In this document: positions 36,830 to 46,486 of the stretch, piece after piece
Layout of the letters: the number at the start of each line of letters is the position of its first letter
Position numbering within the stretch: position 1 is the first letter of the stretch
From: Clostridiaceae bacterium
GTDB taxonomy: Bacteria; Bacillota; Clostridia; Oscillospirales; Acutalibacteraceae
Reading direction: 5' to 3'
Length of the DNA stretch: 49,155 nucleotides
NCBI GenBank assembly: GCA_016297555.1
Contig: JAEDGK010000001.1
Coordinates: forward strand, 1-49,155
The notes under the pieces: model-generated
What the model saw: the letters and a program-made list of their open reading frames with translations, nothing else
The model's database searches: none
Told to the model about the DNA's origin: nothing
Program-made: the position numbers and the translations under genes

Positions 36830-37699
36830 TTATTTGTTGATTTCGATTTTGCCGTAAAGCGAAGCGCCTGCGGAATCTGAGCGGGGAGCTCTTGACGGAG
36901 CGCTCGATGCTTCCGAGCCGCTGTTGTCGTTATATCTTCTGCCGCCGCGGTTTCCGCCGGAGCGGGAGCCTCTGTATCCGCCTTTATTATAGCCGCCTTT
37001 ATTGTAGCCGCCGCGACCCTTGTTGTAGCCGCCGTTGAGGGGCTTCACGCCTTCTTCAAGGGTTATAACAACCTTTCTCTCATCGTCGCTGCCGACTGAG
37101 TGAGAGGTAACGCCCTCAATTTCCTGAACCGTTGTGTGGATTATGCGGCGCTCATAGGGATTCATAGGCTCAAGAACAACATTTCTGCCGTACTTTCTGA
37201 CCTTAGCCGCATTTTTGCGGGCAAGTGCTCTGAGAGTATTTTCTCTCTTTTCACGGTAGTTGCCGACATTGATTGAAACGCGTCTGTATTCTTCCGAGCC
37301 TCTGTTGATAACAAGGCGGGTAAGATACTGAATGGCGTCAAGCGTTTCGCCGCGTCTGCCGATTACCGAGCCGTAATCATCGCCGCAGCTTATTGAAATG
37401 CGAACATCCTCCTCGTCTGCCTCAACGGAAATTTCCGCTTCTTCAACTCCGAGATTTTTAAGGATATTCATAAGATAAGCCTTGGCTTTTGCAAACGGAT
37501 CGTCTTCATATTCGTAATAAGCTCTCATCTTAGCGGGAGAACCGCCGAAAATGCCGAGAACCTTTGCCTTGGGTCTTTCGATAACATCATATTTAATATC
37601 TGCGTCTGCCGGGGCTTCAAGAGCCTTGAGAGCAGCCTCTTTTGCTTCGTCAAGGGTATTGCCGGTGCCGAATGCTTCTTTAATCAAAATTGTCACCAC
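36830..37699 (-). CDS. jag: RNA-binding protein Jag/EloR (KhpB)
   Basis: Jag_N (KVLGIFG), KH (IGRRGETLDAIQYL) and R3H (PMNPYERRIIH) motifs. Confidence 0.95.
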   Translation of the reverse strand: MVTILIKEAFGTGNTLDEAKEAALKALEAPADADIKYDVIERPKAKVLGIFGGSPAKMRAYYEYEDDPFAKAKAYLMNILKNLGVEEAEISVEADEEDVRISISCGDDYGSVIGRRGETLDAIQYLTRLVINRGSEEYRRVSINVGNYREKRENTLRALARKNAAKVRKYGRNVVLEPMNPYERRIIHTTVQEIEGVTSHSVGSDDERKVVITLEEGVKPLNGGYNKGRGGYNKGGYNKGGYRGSRSGGNRGGRRYNDNSGSEASSAPSRAPRSDSAGASLYGKIEINK

Positions 37700-37725
37700 C
37701 TGATAAACTAATGAAAGAATGAAGA

Positions 37726-38679
37726 TTATTCTTTATTTGCCGCAATCTGTTTTGTGTTGTTTTCTTTTGAGCGGCGTGCAACCGTTTCGTCTATCATGAG
37801 CCTTGCAATCATCTTTTTGGGATTATAGAAATGGCTGATGACAACGGTTGTGAGGAAGCCGAAAATGCTTGATGCAATCCAATAAATACCGATACCTGCG
37901 GGGTAGTTGATAACGAAGTAGAGAGAAAACAGCGGCATAAATATAGTCATGCAGCCTGTCATCATGGGATTGCTTGCCATAGCAGGGTTGGATTGCTTTT
38001 GTTTAATCTGAGAATAAAGTCCCGTTGCAAATGAGGAGAGGAAGGAGAGAACGGGGATGATCCAGATAATGTGGAATTCGCCTTTGTGTGCCCAGGGGAT
38101 ATCACCGAGTGAGAACAGACCGAAGAAATCGAAGTTGATGCCGGCAATGGCGTCATAGGTCGCCTGACTGACTCCCGGTATGCCTTGAAGCTTGTCGATA
38201 TTTTGGATTATAAGCAGCTCGCTGAGATGAGTGCTTTTGGACATAGCCGAGTCGCCGAGCTTTGCAACGGCGTCGGCAAGGAGCTTTATTTCAGCATCGC
38301 TGATTCCCGAAAGGAAGTGGCTCAGAGGATAGTATATTGCGCCGATAAGACCGAAAAGCAGGATAAACTGGAACGCCATGGGCGCGCAACCCGCGCTCAT
38401 CGGGTTATAGCCCTCGCGCTCGTAAAGCGCGGAGGTTTCTTCCTGAATTTTTCTCTGGTCGCCTGCAAATTTGGTTTGAATTCTGCGCAGCTTCGGCTGG
38501 ATGCGCTGAGTTTTCGCCATGCCTTTCTGCTGGCTGATGGTTGTCGGAATCATCAGAAGCCTTGCAAAGAGCGTAAGCAAAACGATGGAAACAGCGTAAT
38601 TCTGAAAGCCGACGGTGTCATAAATTATTCTGAGCAAGAAGCCGAAAGGTACGCCGAGAATTTCATAAAGTGCGGTCAT
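37726..38679 (-). CDS. yidC: Membrane protein insertase YidC/Oxa1
   Basis: [24 protein letters not shown] and PAGIGIYW motifs; GGAGG RBS. Confidence 0.93.
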   Translation of the reverse strand: MTALYEILGVPFGFLLRIIYDTVGFQNYAVSIVLLTLFARLLMIPTTISQQKGMAKTQRIQPKLRRIQTKFAGDQRKIQEETSALYEREGYNPMSAGCAPMAFQFILLFGLIGAIYYPLSHFLSGISDAEIKLLADAVAKLGDSAMSKSTHLSELLIIQNIDKLQGIPGVSQATYDAIAGINFDFFGLFSLGDIPWAHKGEFHIIWIIPVLSFLSSFATGLYSQIKQKQSNPAMASNPMMTGCMTIFMPLFSLYFVINYPAGIGIYWIASSIFGFLTTVVISHFYNPKKMIARLMIDETVARRSKENNTKQIAANKE

Positions 38680-38918
38680 TTTTTGTCCTCCGAGTGTGAG
38701 TGTTTCTTGGGCGGAACGGGATCGTAGCCGCCGGGGAATAGAACATTGCACCTCATAAGCCTGAATAAAGTAAGCAGGGTTCCGCGGAAAGCTCCGTGAA
38801 CCTCAATCGCCTCAACGGCATAATGAGAGCAGGTAGGGTAATACCTGCACATTGGCGGAAAAAGCGGGGAAATACGCTTTTGATAGAAGCGAATCGCGGC
38901 AAGCAAAAATTTTTTCAT
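38676..38918 (-). CDS. yidD: Membrane protein insertion efficiency factor
   Basis: [18 protein letters not shown] and RC....PGGYDPVP motifs. Confidence 0.95.
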   Translation of the reverse strand: MKKFLLAAIRFYQKRISPLFPPMCRYYPTCSHYAVEAIEVHGAFRGTLLTLFRLMRCNVLFPGGYDPVPPKKHSHSEDKK

Positions 38919-39274
38919 TTTAAATCAGCCCCCGCATTGCCGCGGATTACTCCGAGCTCCGTTAAATGTTTTTGCATAACGGGCACGAGGTCGCAGCTTT
39001 TGAGCTGTTTTGTCTTAAACCTGGCAACAAAAACAATATCCCAATTGCCGCTGCAAAAAGGATAAACTGAGGAGAATGCCGCCCTTATAATGCGGCGGCA
39101 TCTGTTTCTCTCAACTGCGCTTCCGAGTTTTTTGGCGGCGGTTATGCCTATGCGGCAGCCCGGTCCTCTGCCTCTGACGGCGTAGGTCACAAGCCGGGGA
39201 GAGGCTTTAACCTTGCCCTTGCCGTAAGCGCGGTGAAACTCTGTGTTTTGTTTAAGAGTTAATGCTCGGGACAT
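38915..39274 (-). CDS. rnpA: Ribonuclease P protein component
   Basis: LK...[21 protein letters not shown] (RNR motif). Confidence 0.95.
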   Translation of the reverse strand: MSRALTLKQNTEFHRAYGKGKVKASPRLVTYAVRGRGPGCRIGITAAKKLGSAVERNRCRRIIRAAFSSVYPFCSGNWDIVFVARFKTKQLKSCDLVPVMQKHLTELGVIRGNAGADLK

Positions 39275-39296
39275 TCTGCGTCAATCCTTTTTCGGA

Positions 39297-39431
39297 TTAA
39301 TAAGAAAGCTGCTTTCTGCCCTTTGCTCTGCGGCGGGCAAGAACCTTGCGGCCGTTTCTGTCAGCCATTCTTTTGCGGAAGCCGTGCTCCATCTTGCGAT
39401 GACGCTTCTTGGGCTGATAAGTTCTCTTCAT
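39297..39431 (-). CDS. rpmH: 50S ribosomal protein L34
   Basis: [22 protein letters not shown]...RRRAKGRK. Confidence 0.97.
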   Translation of the reverse strand: MKRTYQPKKRHRKMEHGFRKRMADRNGRKVLARRRAKGRKQLSY

Positions 39432-39577
39432 TTTGCAAACCTCCGTTTCAATTATAATTATGAAACAATCAAGATTAAATGCGGCGAGCATTCGCGCAGT
39501 TAAAAATGATTATTAAGCATAACAAACCAAGGGGGCGTAACCGCGCAAAGATTAAATCGGCGGTTATTCGAGTTTAT

Positions 39578-39607
39578 ATTATATAACAGCTTGACCTCTT
39601 ATGTCAA
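39578..39607 (-). promoter_or_regulatory. Promoter of rpmH operon
   Basis: Minus-strand TTGACA-N18-TATAAT. Confidence 0.65.
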
Positions 39608-39644
39608 CATTTTTTTGAATTAACTTAAAAATCTTTGTTTTTGC

Positions 39645-39673
39645 TTGAAATGCGTAAAGGCTTGTGCTATACT
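39645..39673 (+). promoter_or_regulatory. Promoter of dnaA
   Basis: TTGAAA-N17-TATACT with TG extension. Confidence 0.65.
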
Positions 39674-39751
39674 CTATTATGTATCGTTATCATTAAAATG
39701 CCGTATTATCGAAAAAAGTGTGAAGTAAACAGGTTTGGAGGAGAACATATA

Positions 39752-41056
39752 ATGGAATCTCTCAATGAGATGTGGCAGCTTGTCCGTGAAAGGCTTAAAG
39801 AAAGCTGCGGCGAGGTCATATATGATATATGGATAAAGCCGCTTGAAATTATCAGCTTTGACGGAGCGAAAGCAGAGCTTGCGTCAAGCGAGTTTATGAA
39901 GAAAATAATTGAGCAAAAATTCGGCACGGCAATCCGAGAGGCGTTCAGAGTTGTTATGGGCTTTGATGTTGAAGTGGAGCTTATCGACCCGAATGCGGCG
40001 GTGCAGACAAAGGAGCTTGCCGAAAAGGAAGCATCCGTCAGCATTGAAAAAAACACATTTGAAACCTTTGTTGTCGGTCCGTCAAACCGCTTTGCCCATG
40101 CGGCGGCTCAGGCAGTTGCGGCAACTCCGGGAGCGGCTTACAATCCGCTTTTCATTTACGGAAACGCAGGTCTGGGCAAAACTCATCTGCTCTGCGCCAT
40201 AAGCAGCGAAATAAAGAGCAAAAATCCCAATGCGGATATTATTTTTACACGCGGCGAGGATTTTGTTAATCTTATTGTTGACGGAATCAACAAGAAAACG
40301 ATGGATAAAATCCATGAGAAATACAGAAACTGTGATGTTCTGCTCGTTGACGATATTCAGTTTATTGCAGGCAAGGAATCAACTCAGGAGGAATTTTTCC
40401 ACACCTTTAACGCCCTTACTCAGGACGGCAAGCAGATAGTTCTTACCTCCGACCGCAAGCCAAAGGATATTGAAATTCTTGACGAGCGCCTCAGGAGCCG
40501 TTTTGAAATGGGTCTTATCGCGGATATTCAGCCGCCCGATATTGAAACGAGAATGGCTATAATCCGCCGCAAAGCGGATATGCTCGGGCTTGAGCTGCCC
40601 CCTGATGTGGTTCAGTTTGTTGCGGAAAAAATCAAGTCCAATATCCGTCAGCTTGAGGGCGCGGTTAAAAAAATGAACGCGCTTGTCAATATTGACGGCT
40701 CGTCGGTCAATATGGCTATGTCGCAGACGGCAATAAAGGACATTATGAATGACAGCCGACCCGTTTCCGCTACGGTCAATTCGATTATTTCCGAAACGGC
40801 GAGAACCCTCGGCGTTTCTCAAAGCGATATAATTTCCAAAAAGAAAGATGCGGCAACGGCAAAAGCAAGGCAGGTAGCGATATATATCGTCAGAGAAATG
40901 ACGGATTTGACTCAAAAGGAAATCAGCGCCTATTTCGGCGGCAGAGACAGGACAACCATTCTTTATTCCATCGACTCGGTTTCCGAAAACATCAAAAAGG
41001 ATTCTGCTCTCAAAAAGACGGTTGACAATATTATCAAGAATGTTCAGGAGCAGTAA
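39752..41056 (+). CDS. dnaA: Chromosomal replication initiator DnaA
   Basis: TFETFVVG.SN, YNPLFIYG..GLGKTHL, DDIQF, TQEEFFHTFN, RLRSRF and NIRQLEG motifs; divergent from rpmH. Confidence 0.95.
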   Translation: MESLNEMWQLVRERLKESCGEVIYDIWIKPLEIISFDGAKAELASSEFMKKIIEQKFGTAIREAFRVVMGFDVEVELIDPNAAVQTKELAEKEASVSIEKNTFETFVVGPSNRFAHAAAQAVAATPGAAYNPLFIYGNAGLGKTHLLCAISSEIKSKNPNADIIFTRGEDFVNLIVDGINKKTMDKIHEKYRNCDVLLVDDIQFIAGKESTQEEFFHTFNALTQDGKQIVLTSDRKPKDIEILDERLRSRFEMGLIADIQPPDIETRMAIIRRKADMLGLELPPDVVQFVAEKIKSNIRQLEGAVKKMNALVNIDGSSVNMAMSQTAIKDIMNDSRPVSATVNSIISETARTLGVSQSDIISKKKDAATAKARQVAIYIVREMTDLTQKEISAYFGGRDRTTILYSIDSVSENIKKDSALKKTVDNIIKNVQEQ

Positions 41057-41084
41057 TATACATTAATAATTTATGAGGTAATCC

Positions 41085-42008
41085 ATGGGACTTTTTAAGA
41101 GAATTAACAAAGGTCTGAAAAAGACAAGGGACAGTATGACCGGCGCGATAAACGCCGCGCTCTACGGCAAAAATGAAATCGACGATGATTTTTACGAGGA
41201 GCTTGAAGAAATCCTTGTTATGGCGGATGTCGGAGTAACAACCGCTCAGGAAATCGTTGAAAAGCTCAGAGACGCGGTTTTCAAAAAAAATCTGCGCAGG
41301 GCGGACGATGTTAAGGCTGAAATCAGAAATATCGTTGCCGAGCTGCTCAGCGGCGGCGAGGAGCTTGATATGATAACCGTTCCGTCGGTTATCCTTGTAA
41401 TCGGCGTCAACGGCGTAGGCAAGACAACCTCAATCGGCAAGATGGCGGCAATGTTCAAGGCGGAGGGCAAAAAGGTTATCCTCGGCGCCGCCGATACTTT
41501 CAGAGCCGCCGCCATTGACCAGCTTGAGATTTGGGCTGACCGTGCGGGCGTTGATATCGTTAAGCATAAAGAGGGCGCTGACCCTGCGGCAGTAGTGTTT
41601 GACACAATTTCCGCAGGCAAGGCGAGAAACGCCGATATAATCATTTGCGACACGGCGGGCAGGCTTCACAACAAGAAAAATCTTATGGAAGAGCTTGCAA
41701 AGATTTACCGTGTTATTGACCGTCAGCTTCCTTATGCCGACAGAGAGGTGCTGCTCGTGCTTGACGCAACCACGGGTCAGAATGCCGTCAGCCAGGCAAA
41801 GGAATTTAAAGATGTTGCCGAAATAACGGGAATTATTCTCACGAAGCTTGACGGAACGGCAAAGGGCGGCGTTGTGCTTGCGATTAAAAACGACCTCAAA
41901 GTTCCGGTTAAATTTATCGGCGTGGGCGAGGGTATAGACGATCTCAGACCGTTTAATCCCAAAGCTTTTGCAGACGGACTGTTTGAAGAGGACAAAGACG
42001 AGGAATAA
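41085..42008 (+). CDS. ftsY: Signal recognition particle receptor FtsY
   Basis: [27 protein letters not shown] and [10 protein letters not shown] motifs. Confidence 0.96.
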   Translation: MGLFKRINKGLKKTRDSMTGAINAALYGKNEIDDDFYEELEEILVMADVGVTTAQEIVEKLRDAVFKKNLRRADDVKAEIRNIVAELLSGGEELDMITVPSVILVIGVNGVGKTTSIGKMAAMFKAEGKKVILGAADTFRAAAIDQLEIWADRAGVDIVKHKEGADPAAVVFDTISAGKARNADIIICDTAGRLHNKKNLMEELAKIYRVIDRQLPYADREVLLVLDATTGQNAVSQAKEFKDVAEITGIILTKLDGTAKGGVVLAIKNDLKVPVKFIGVGEGIDDLRPFNPKAFADGLFEEDKDEE

Positions 42009-42015
42009 TATAACT

Positions 42016-42615
42016 ATGGACTATATAATTGCTACTCATAATTTAAAAAAGCGCGATGAGCTTCAGCGGATTCTCGCTCCTCTCGGAATCAGAGTTTTGC
42101 TTGCCGAGGAGGCGGGCGTTGAGCTGACCGATGTTGAGGAAACGGGAACAACCTTTGAAGAAAACGCTTTTTTGAAAGCGGAAAGCGGCTGCCGTGAGAG
42201 CGGTATGCCCTGCATTGCGGATGATTCGGGGCTTGCGGTTGATTATCTTGACGGCGCACCCGGCGTTTATTCCGCAAGATATGCCGGCGAGCACGGCAAT
42301 GACGCCGCAAACAACGCAAAGCTTCTGAAAGCGCTTGAGGGCGTTGAGCCTGCCGACAGAGGCGCGGCGTTTGTGAGCGTTGCCTGCTGTGTTTATCCCG
42401 ACGGAAGAAAGATTGTTGCCCGCGGTGAATGCAGAGGAACAATAGGCTTTGAGGAGGTCGGACACGGCGGCTTCGGCTATGACCCTCTTTTTCTGCCCGT
42501 TGAATACGGCGGAGAAAAGACTATGGCGCAGCTTACCGCCGATGAAAAAGACGCAATAAGCCACAGAGGCAAATCCGTGCGCCGCCTCGCGGAGCAGATT
42601 GGAGAGAACAGTTAA
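42016..42615 (+). CDS. rdgB: Non-canonical purine NTP pyrophosphatase (RdgB/HAM1)
   Basis: ATHN..K, ADDSGL, PGVYSARY, GFGYDP and SHR motifs. Confidence 0.95.
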   Translation: MDYIIATHNLKKRDELQRILAPLGIRVLLAEEAGVELTDVEETGTTFEENAFLKAESGCRESGMPCIADDSGLAVDYLDGAPGVYSARYAGEHGNDAANNAKLLKALEGVEPADRGAAFVSVACCVYPDGRKIVARGECRGTIGFEEVGHGGFGYDPLFLPVEYGGEKTMAQLTADEKDAISHRGKSVRRLAEQIGENS

Positions 42616-43049
42616 TGACAAGCAAGGAGAGGGCACAGCTCAGGGCTCAGGCAAACAGCCTTGAACCCCTGTTTCAGATAGGAAAGGGCGGAATGTCGGA
42701 CGCTCTTGCGGCTCAGACCGCAGACGCTCTGCGTAAAAGGGAGCTTATTAAGCTCAAGGTGTTGCTTGAAAGCGCGCCCGAAAGTCCGCGCGATTTTGCG
42801 GAAAAGCTTGCCGCGGCAACGGGCAGCGAGGTTGTTCAGGTGGTCGGCGGAAGCATAGTTCTTTATAAAGAAAATCCCGACAAGGATAAGGAAGAAAAGA
42901 AAAAGAAGCCTGCCAAAAAAGGCAAGCCTCTTTCAAAGGTGAAAGCCAAAAGAGCCGCCGCCGAAAAGCGTGAGGCGGAGGAGAAAAAAAGAAAAAGAGA
43001 TTTTTACGCAAAGAAGCGATACGGCAGAAATTCATCCGGCAACAACTGA
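42615..43049 (+). CDS. yhbY: YhbY/CRM-domain RNA-binding protein with Lys-rich tail
   Basis: MTSKERAQLR...QIGKGG...RELIKLKVL...VVQVVG...LY. Confidence 0.9.
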   Translation: MTSKERAQLRAQANSLEPLFQIGKGGMSDALAAQTADALRKRELIKLKVLLESAPESPRDFAEKLAAATGSEVVQVVGGSIVLYKENPDKDKEEKKKKPAKKGKPLSKVKAKRAAAEKREAEEKKRKRDFYAKKRYGRNSSGNN

Positions 43050-43135
43050 TATAAACAGACGCGGTGCTTTGTCAAAAATCACAGTAAATCCGCGTGAAAA
43101 AATTTTTTAATTTTATTTGCAACAAAAACAAGATA

Positions 43136-43165
43136 TTGACACACTTATTTAATGTGTGGTATAAT
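43136..43165 (+). promoter_or_regulatory. Promoter of smpB-ssrA
   Basis: TTGACA-N18-TATAAT with TG extension. Confidence 0.75.
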
Positions 43166-43196
43166 CGCACTCCATACGAGTCGGAAAGGTAATGCA

Positions 43197-43655
43197 ATGG
43201 GAAAAGACAGCGGCATTAAGCCGATTGCTCAAAACAGAAAAGCATATCACGATTATTTCGTGCTTGAAAAGCTTGAGGCGGGCATTGAGCTGTTTGGAAC
43301 GGAGGTTAAATCCGTCAGAGCGGGCAAAATCAACCTCAAGGATTCATGGTGCTTTGTCAAGGACGGCGAGATGTTTGTCAACGGTATGCATATCAGCCCT
43401 TATGAGCACGGCAACATTTTCAACCGCGATCCGCTCAGAACAAAGCGGCTGCTGCTCCATAAAAGAGAGATAAGGCGGCTGTATGCTCAGGTTAAGCAGG
43501 AGGGGCTTGCCCTCGTTCCGCTGAGCGTTTATTTTAAAAACGGGCGGGCAAAGGTTGAAATCGGGCTGTGCAAGGGCAAAAAGCTCTATGATAAGCGCGA
43601 AACCGCCGCAAAAAAAGACGCTCAAAGATCGATTGAGCGCAATTTGCGCCGTTAA
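43197..43655 (+). CDS. smpB: SsrA-binding protein
   Basis: NRKAYHDY, EAGIEL.GTEVKS.R, LLLHKREI and GKKLYDKR motifs. Confidence 0.97.
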   Translation: MGKDSGIKPIAQNRKAYHDYFVLEKLEAGIELFGTEVKSVRAGKINLKDSWCFVKDGEMFVNGMHISPYEHGNIFNRDPLRTKRLLLHKREIRRLYAQVKQEGLALVPLSVYFKNGRAKVEIGLCKGKKLYDKRETAAKKDAQRSIERNLRR

Positions 43656-43669
43656 TACAATAAATATAT

Positions 43670-44016
43670 GGGGATGAAAGGATTTCGACGGGGAATCCGA
43701 GCCCGGATAAGCGAGTAGCGGGGCGGGACCGCTATAAAATCCGCAAATTAAATTTAAACGACAACAATAAAGTTGCACTTGCTGCTTAATTAAGCAGCCG
43801 TCTTTGTGCGGAGGACTGCGGCCGCACATAAGGCGTCGATCAGCAGTGACCGTGAACGGGTAACGCCTGATAGCCCGTCATGAATAATCCGGCTACCAAG
43901 CGCCGAAGCCTGCCCGGCGGCGTCGGCGTGAGGGAATGTTAAAAGACGGGATACACTCGTAGAAAGTCCCTGCAAAGATTTTTCGGACGCGGTTTCGATT
44001 ACCGCCATCTCCACCA
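43670..44016 (+). ncRNA. ssrA: Transfer-messenger RNA (tmRNA)
   Basis: 5' GGGGATG...TTCGAC; 3' T-arm GCGGT-TTCGATT-ACCGC and CATCTCC-ACCA; tag ORF 43760-43789 (A)DNNKVALAA*; follows smpB. Confidence 0.96.
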
Positions 44017-44081
44017 AAAAAACAGGTGTCGGCGCGTTTTTCGCGCCGACGGTGAATAAAAGTGCAAAGGAGGAATTGTTA

Positions 44082-45143
44082 ATGAAAAAGAAGAATTTGC
44101 CCGTTATTGCAGTTGCAGTGGTTGCGGTCTGCCTTGTTGCCGTTGCGGCGGCGCTTGTAATTAAAGCGGGCGGAAACAGCCCCGGAATTCAGTCGGATGT
44201 TACCGAAAGCGTCGGAAACAATTATTATTACAACACGACTGACGACAGAACGCCTTCGTCAACCATTCAGGCGATTATCAGCACAACAGCTCAGGTGTTT
44301 ACCGACACCTTTGTCCCCTCCTCGGAGCAAAGCAAAACCGACACTCCCACTCAGAAGCCTCAGCAGACAAATCCCACAACCGTTCCATCAACCCAAAAGC
44401 AGGAGGAAGTAACGGTTCCGCAGCTCAACGAGGATGATATGTCGCACGCGGGAGCAAACACGGGTAAGGCGGTTTCGCCCGGCAAGGATTTGCCGCCGGA
44501 TATGTCGTTTTACGGCTTGAGAAAGCAGGGCTATGACATTATCGGCAAAAAAGACTACATATATAATAACGATAAAGACCCCGATTGTATGCAGAAGAAT
44601 TTCGGCTACAACAAGCTTTATGATGCGGGCGCAAGTCTTATTGATTTCAGCATCGATACCGTCAGGCTTGAGTTCGCCTACGGCGGCAAGGAATGGATGA
44701 TTCAGCTCTGGAAGGGTCAGTATATTTCGGGCAAGGTCGGCACCGTCGGCGGCGAAATCGGAGTTTACACAAGACCCAAGGGAACCATTTCCGCAATCGG
44801 CCATTACAGCTGTGCCGAGGAAGAAGATTGGCTCAATATGGAAATGACGGTTATGTGGGATGAATTCGGCAACGGCGAATATCTTCCCCAGCTCACGAGA
44901 AACTACACCGAGTATTGGTGGGCAACCGGCTTTGTTGACGGTCAGCTTGCCAACCGCAATGATTCTTCTCCGCTCAGAATTCTCGGCAGAATTACTTTCA
45001 AGGACGAGGAAATGGCGGTTAAATTTGAAGAAGCCCTTGTTAAAAAAGGCTTTACCCGCGTTTCAACCTTTACACCCGATGTTATTGACACCTATAAACG
45101 CTACGGCAACGATGTCATTTTCCTTTGGCAGGATGTAAGATAA
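44082..45143 (+). CDS. DUF4474-like membrane-anchored protein
   Basis: TM anchor, T/P/Q linker, CMQKNFGYN, WMIQLWKGQY...GGEIGVY and YWWATGF motifs. Confidence 0.8.
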   Translation: MKKKNLPVIAVAVVAVCLVAVAAALVIKAGGNSPGIQSDVTESVGNNYYYNTTDDRTPSSTIQAIISTTAQVFTDTFVPSSEQSKTDTPTQKPQQTNPTTVPSTQKQEEVTVPQLNEDDMSHAGANTGKAVSPGKDLPPDMSFYGLRKQGYDIIGKKDYIYNNDKDPDCMQKNFGYNKLYDAGASLIDFSIDTVRLEFAYGGKEWMIQLWKGQYISGKVGTVGGEIGVYTRPKGTISAIGHYSCAEEEDWLNMEMTVMWDEFGNGEYLPQLTRNYTEYWWATGFVDGQLANRNDSSPLRILGRITFKDEEMAVKFEEALVKKGFTRVSTFTPDVIDTYKRYGNDVIFLWQDVR

Positions 45144-45238
45144 TCTTACGGAATCAGACTCCTGACCCCGTTCGGAGTTGATATATAAGCACATGACCTA
45201 ATTACCCGGATATTACATATCCGCAGGGAGGAATTCAA

Positions 45239-46426
45239 ATGAGTAAATTAAATATGACCAAGCAGAAAATCATTATTCTGGCAATCAGCGCGGTTGTAGT
45301 TATTGCCGGTTCGGTTGCCGCAGTAACGCTGATAAAAAATTTCAGCAAGGCCAAAGAGGATACCACAACGGCAGGCACCGTTCCCGAGTATGTTTTTGAA
45401 ACCTATTATGAAACATATCCCGAATATGTTACCGACGCTGACCATTCAGCCGTTACAGATCCCTCGGGCAATATGCTTACCACTATCAAGAAGGTTGTAA
45501 AAACAACAAAAAAGGTTGCAAGCAACAACAAAGCAACCACAACCAAAAAGGCTGCCGCAAAAACCACAAAGAAGGCAGAGGGCAACACAGGTCTTGTTCC
45601 CAACGCCATAACCGATCAGCAGCTCGCGGGTTACAGATATGACCCTCAGGGTAATTTCTATTATACCGACGATAAGGACTGCTGGCAGAAGAATGCGGGC
45701 TACAGCGAAATTTACGATAATATGGCTCCTGCCGCAGGAATGTTCATCGATCAGATCCGTATCCGCTTCACCTACGGCGGCAAGGACTGGATGATTCAGT
45801 TCTGGAAAGGTCAGTACGGCTTCCTGCTTGTCGGCGCAGAAATCGGCGTTTACACCGCTCCCATCGGCTCATATACCGGAACGGTCGGCGATGTTAACCA
45901 CTATGACTGTGCAGACAAAGAGGATTGGCTCAATATGCAGCTCGATTGCTATTGGAGCAAGAATAACGACGGTCACTACAAGAAGATTTTCACAAGAGAA
46001 TACGGCAAGTATTGGTGGGCAACAGGCTTTGTTAAGGGTCAGCTTACCAAATATACGGCTCCCAGAACAGAGCTTAAAGTTAAGGGAAGAATTACCTTTA
46101 AGTCAACCGAAATGGCAAATCTCTTTGTTCAGGGTCTCAGAGAGTCGGGCTTCGGCAGAGCCGTCAGCTCAAGCCAGCTTGTTGACGATTCCTACTATCA
46201 GAAGGGCGCAGATGTTTGGGTTCTCTGGTCAAGCGCATATCATGACTGCTTTGTAGGCTATGAGGGCAGAACAACCACAACCAAGAAGCAGACAACTACA
46301 ACTACCAAGGCGACTACCGCTAAGCCCACAACAACCACAACCAAGCCCACAACTACCACCACTACTGCCGAGGAATCCACAACCACAACTACTGTTCCCG
46401 CAGCAAACAGCGAAAACAAGGATTAA
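45239..46426 (+). CDS. DUF4474-like membrane-anchored protein with Thr/Lys-rich linker and tail
   Basis: CWQKNAGY, WMIQFWKGQYG...GAEIGVY and YWWATGF motifs; poly-Thr C-terminus. Confidence 0.8.
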   Translation: MSKLNMTKQKIIILAISAVVVIAGSVAAVTLIKNFSKAKEDTTTAGTVPEYVFETYYETYPEYVTDADHSAVTDPSGNMLTTIKKVVKTTKKVASNNKATTTKKAAAKTTKKAEGNTGLVPNAITDQQLAGYRYDPQGNFYYTDDKDCWQKNAGYSEIYDNMAPAAGMFIDQIRIRFTYGGKDWMIQFWKGQYGFLLVGAEIGVYTAPIGSYTGTVGDVNHYDCADKEDWLNMQLDCYWSKNNDGHYKKIFTREYGKYWWATGFVKGQLTKYTAPRTELKVKGRITFKSTEMANLFVQGLRESGFGRAVSSSQLVDDSYYQKGADVWVLWSSAYHDCFVGYEGRTTTTKKQTTTTTKATTAKPTTTTTKPTTTTTTAEESTTTTTVPAANSENKD

Positions 46427-46434
46427 ACAGAATT

Positions 46435-46479
46435 ATGCGGCGCATATCAGACGGAATATCGGATATGCGCCGCATTTTT
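46435..46479. terminator. Terminator between convergent genes
   Basis: ATGCGGCGCATATC / GATATGCGCCGCAT stem followed by a T-run. Confidence 0.8.
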
Positions 46480-46486
46480 GCGTGTA

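Noticed and set aside
39432..39751. oriC in the rpmH-dnaA gap
   Set aside because: No consensus DnaA boxes seen and no gene-orientation switch, so it is not annotated as an origin.
43344..44017. Minus-strand ORFs 43344-43829 and 43790-44017
   Set aside because: Antisense shadows of smpB and tmRNA.
44017..46430. Genomic island integrated at the tmRNA 3' end
   Set aside because: No integrase, no duplicated tmRNA 3' end seen, and host-like codon style.
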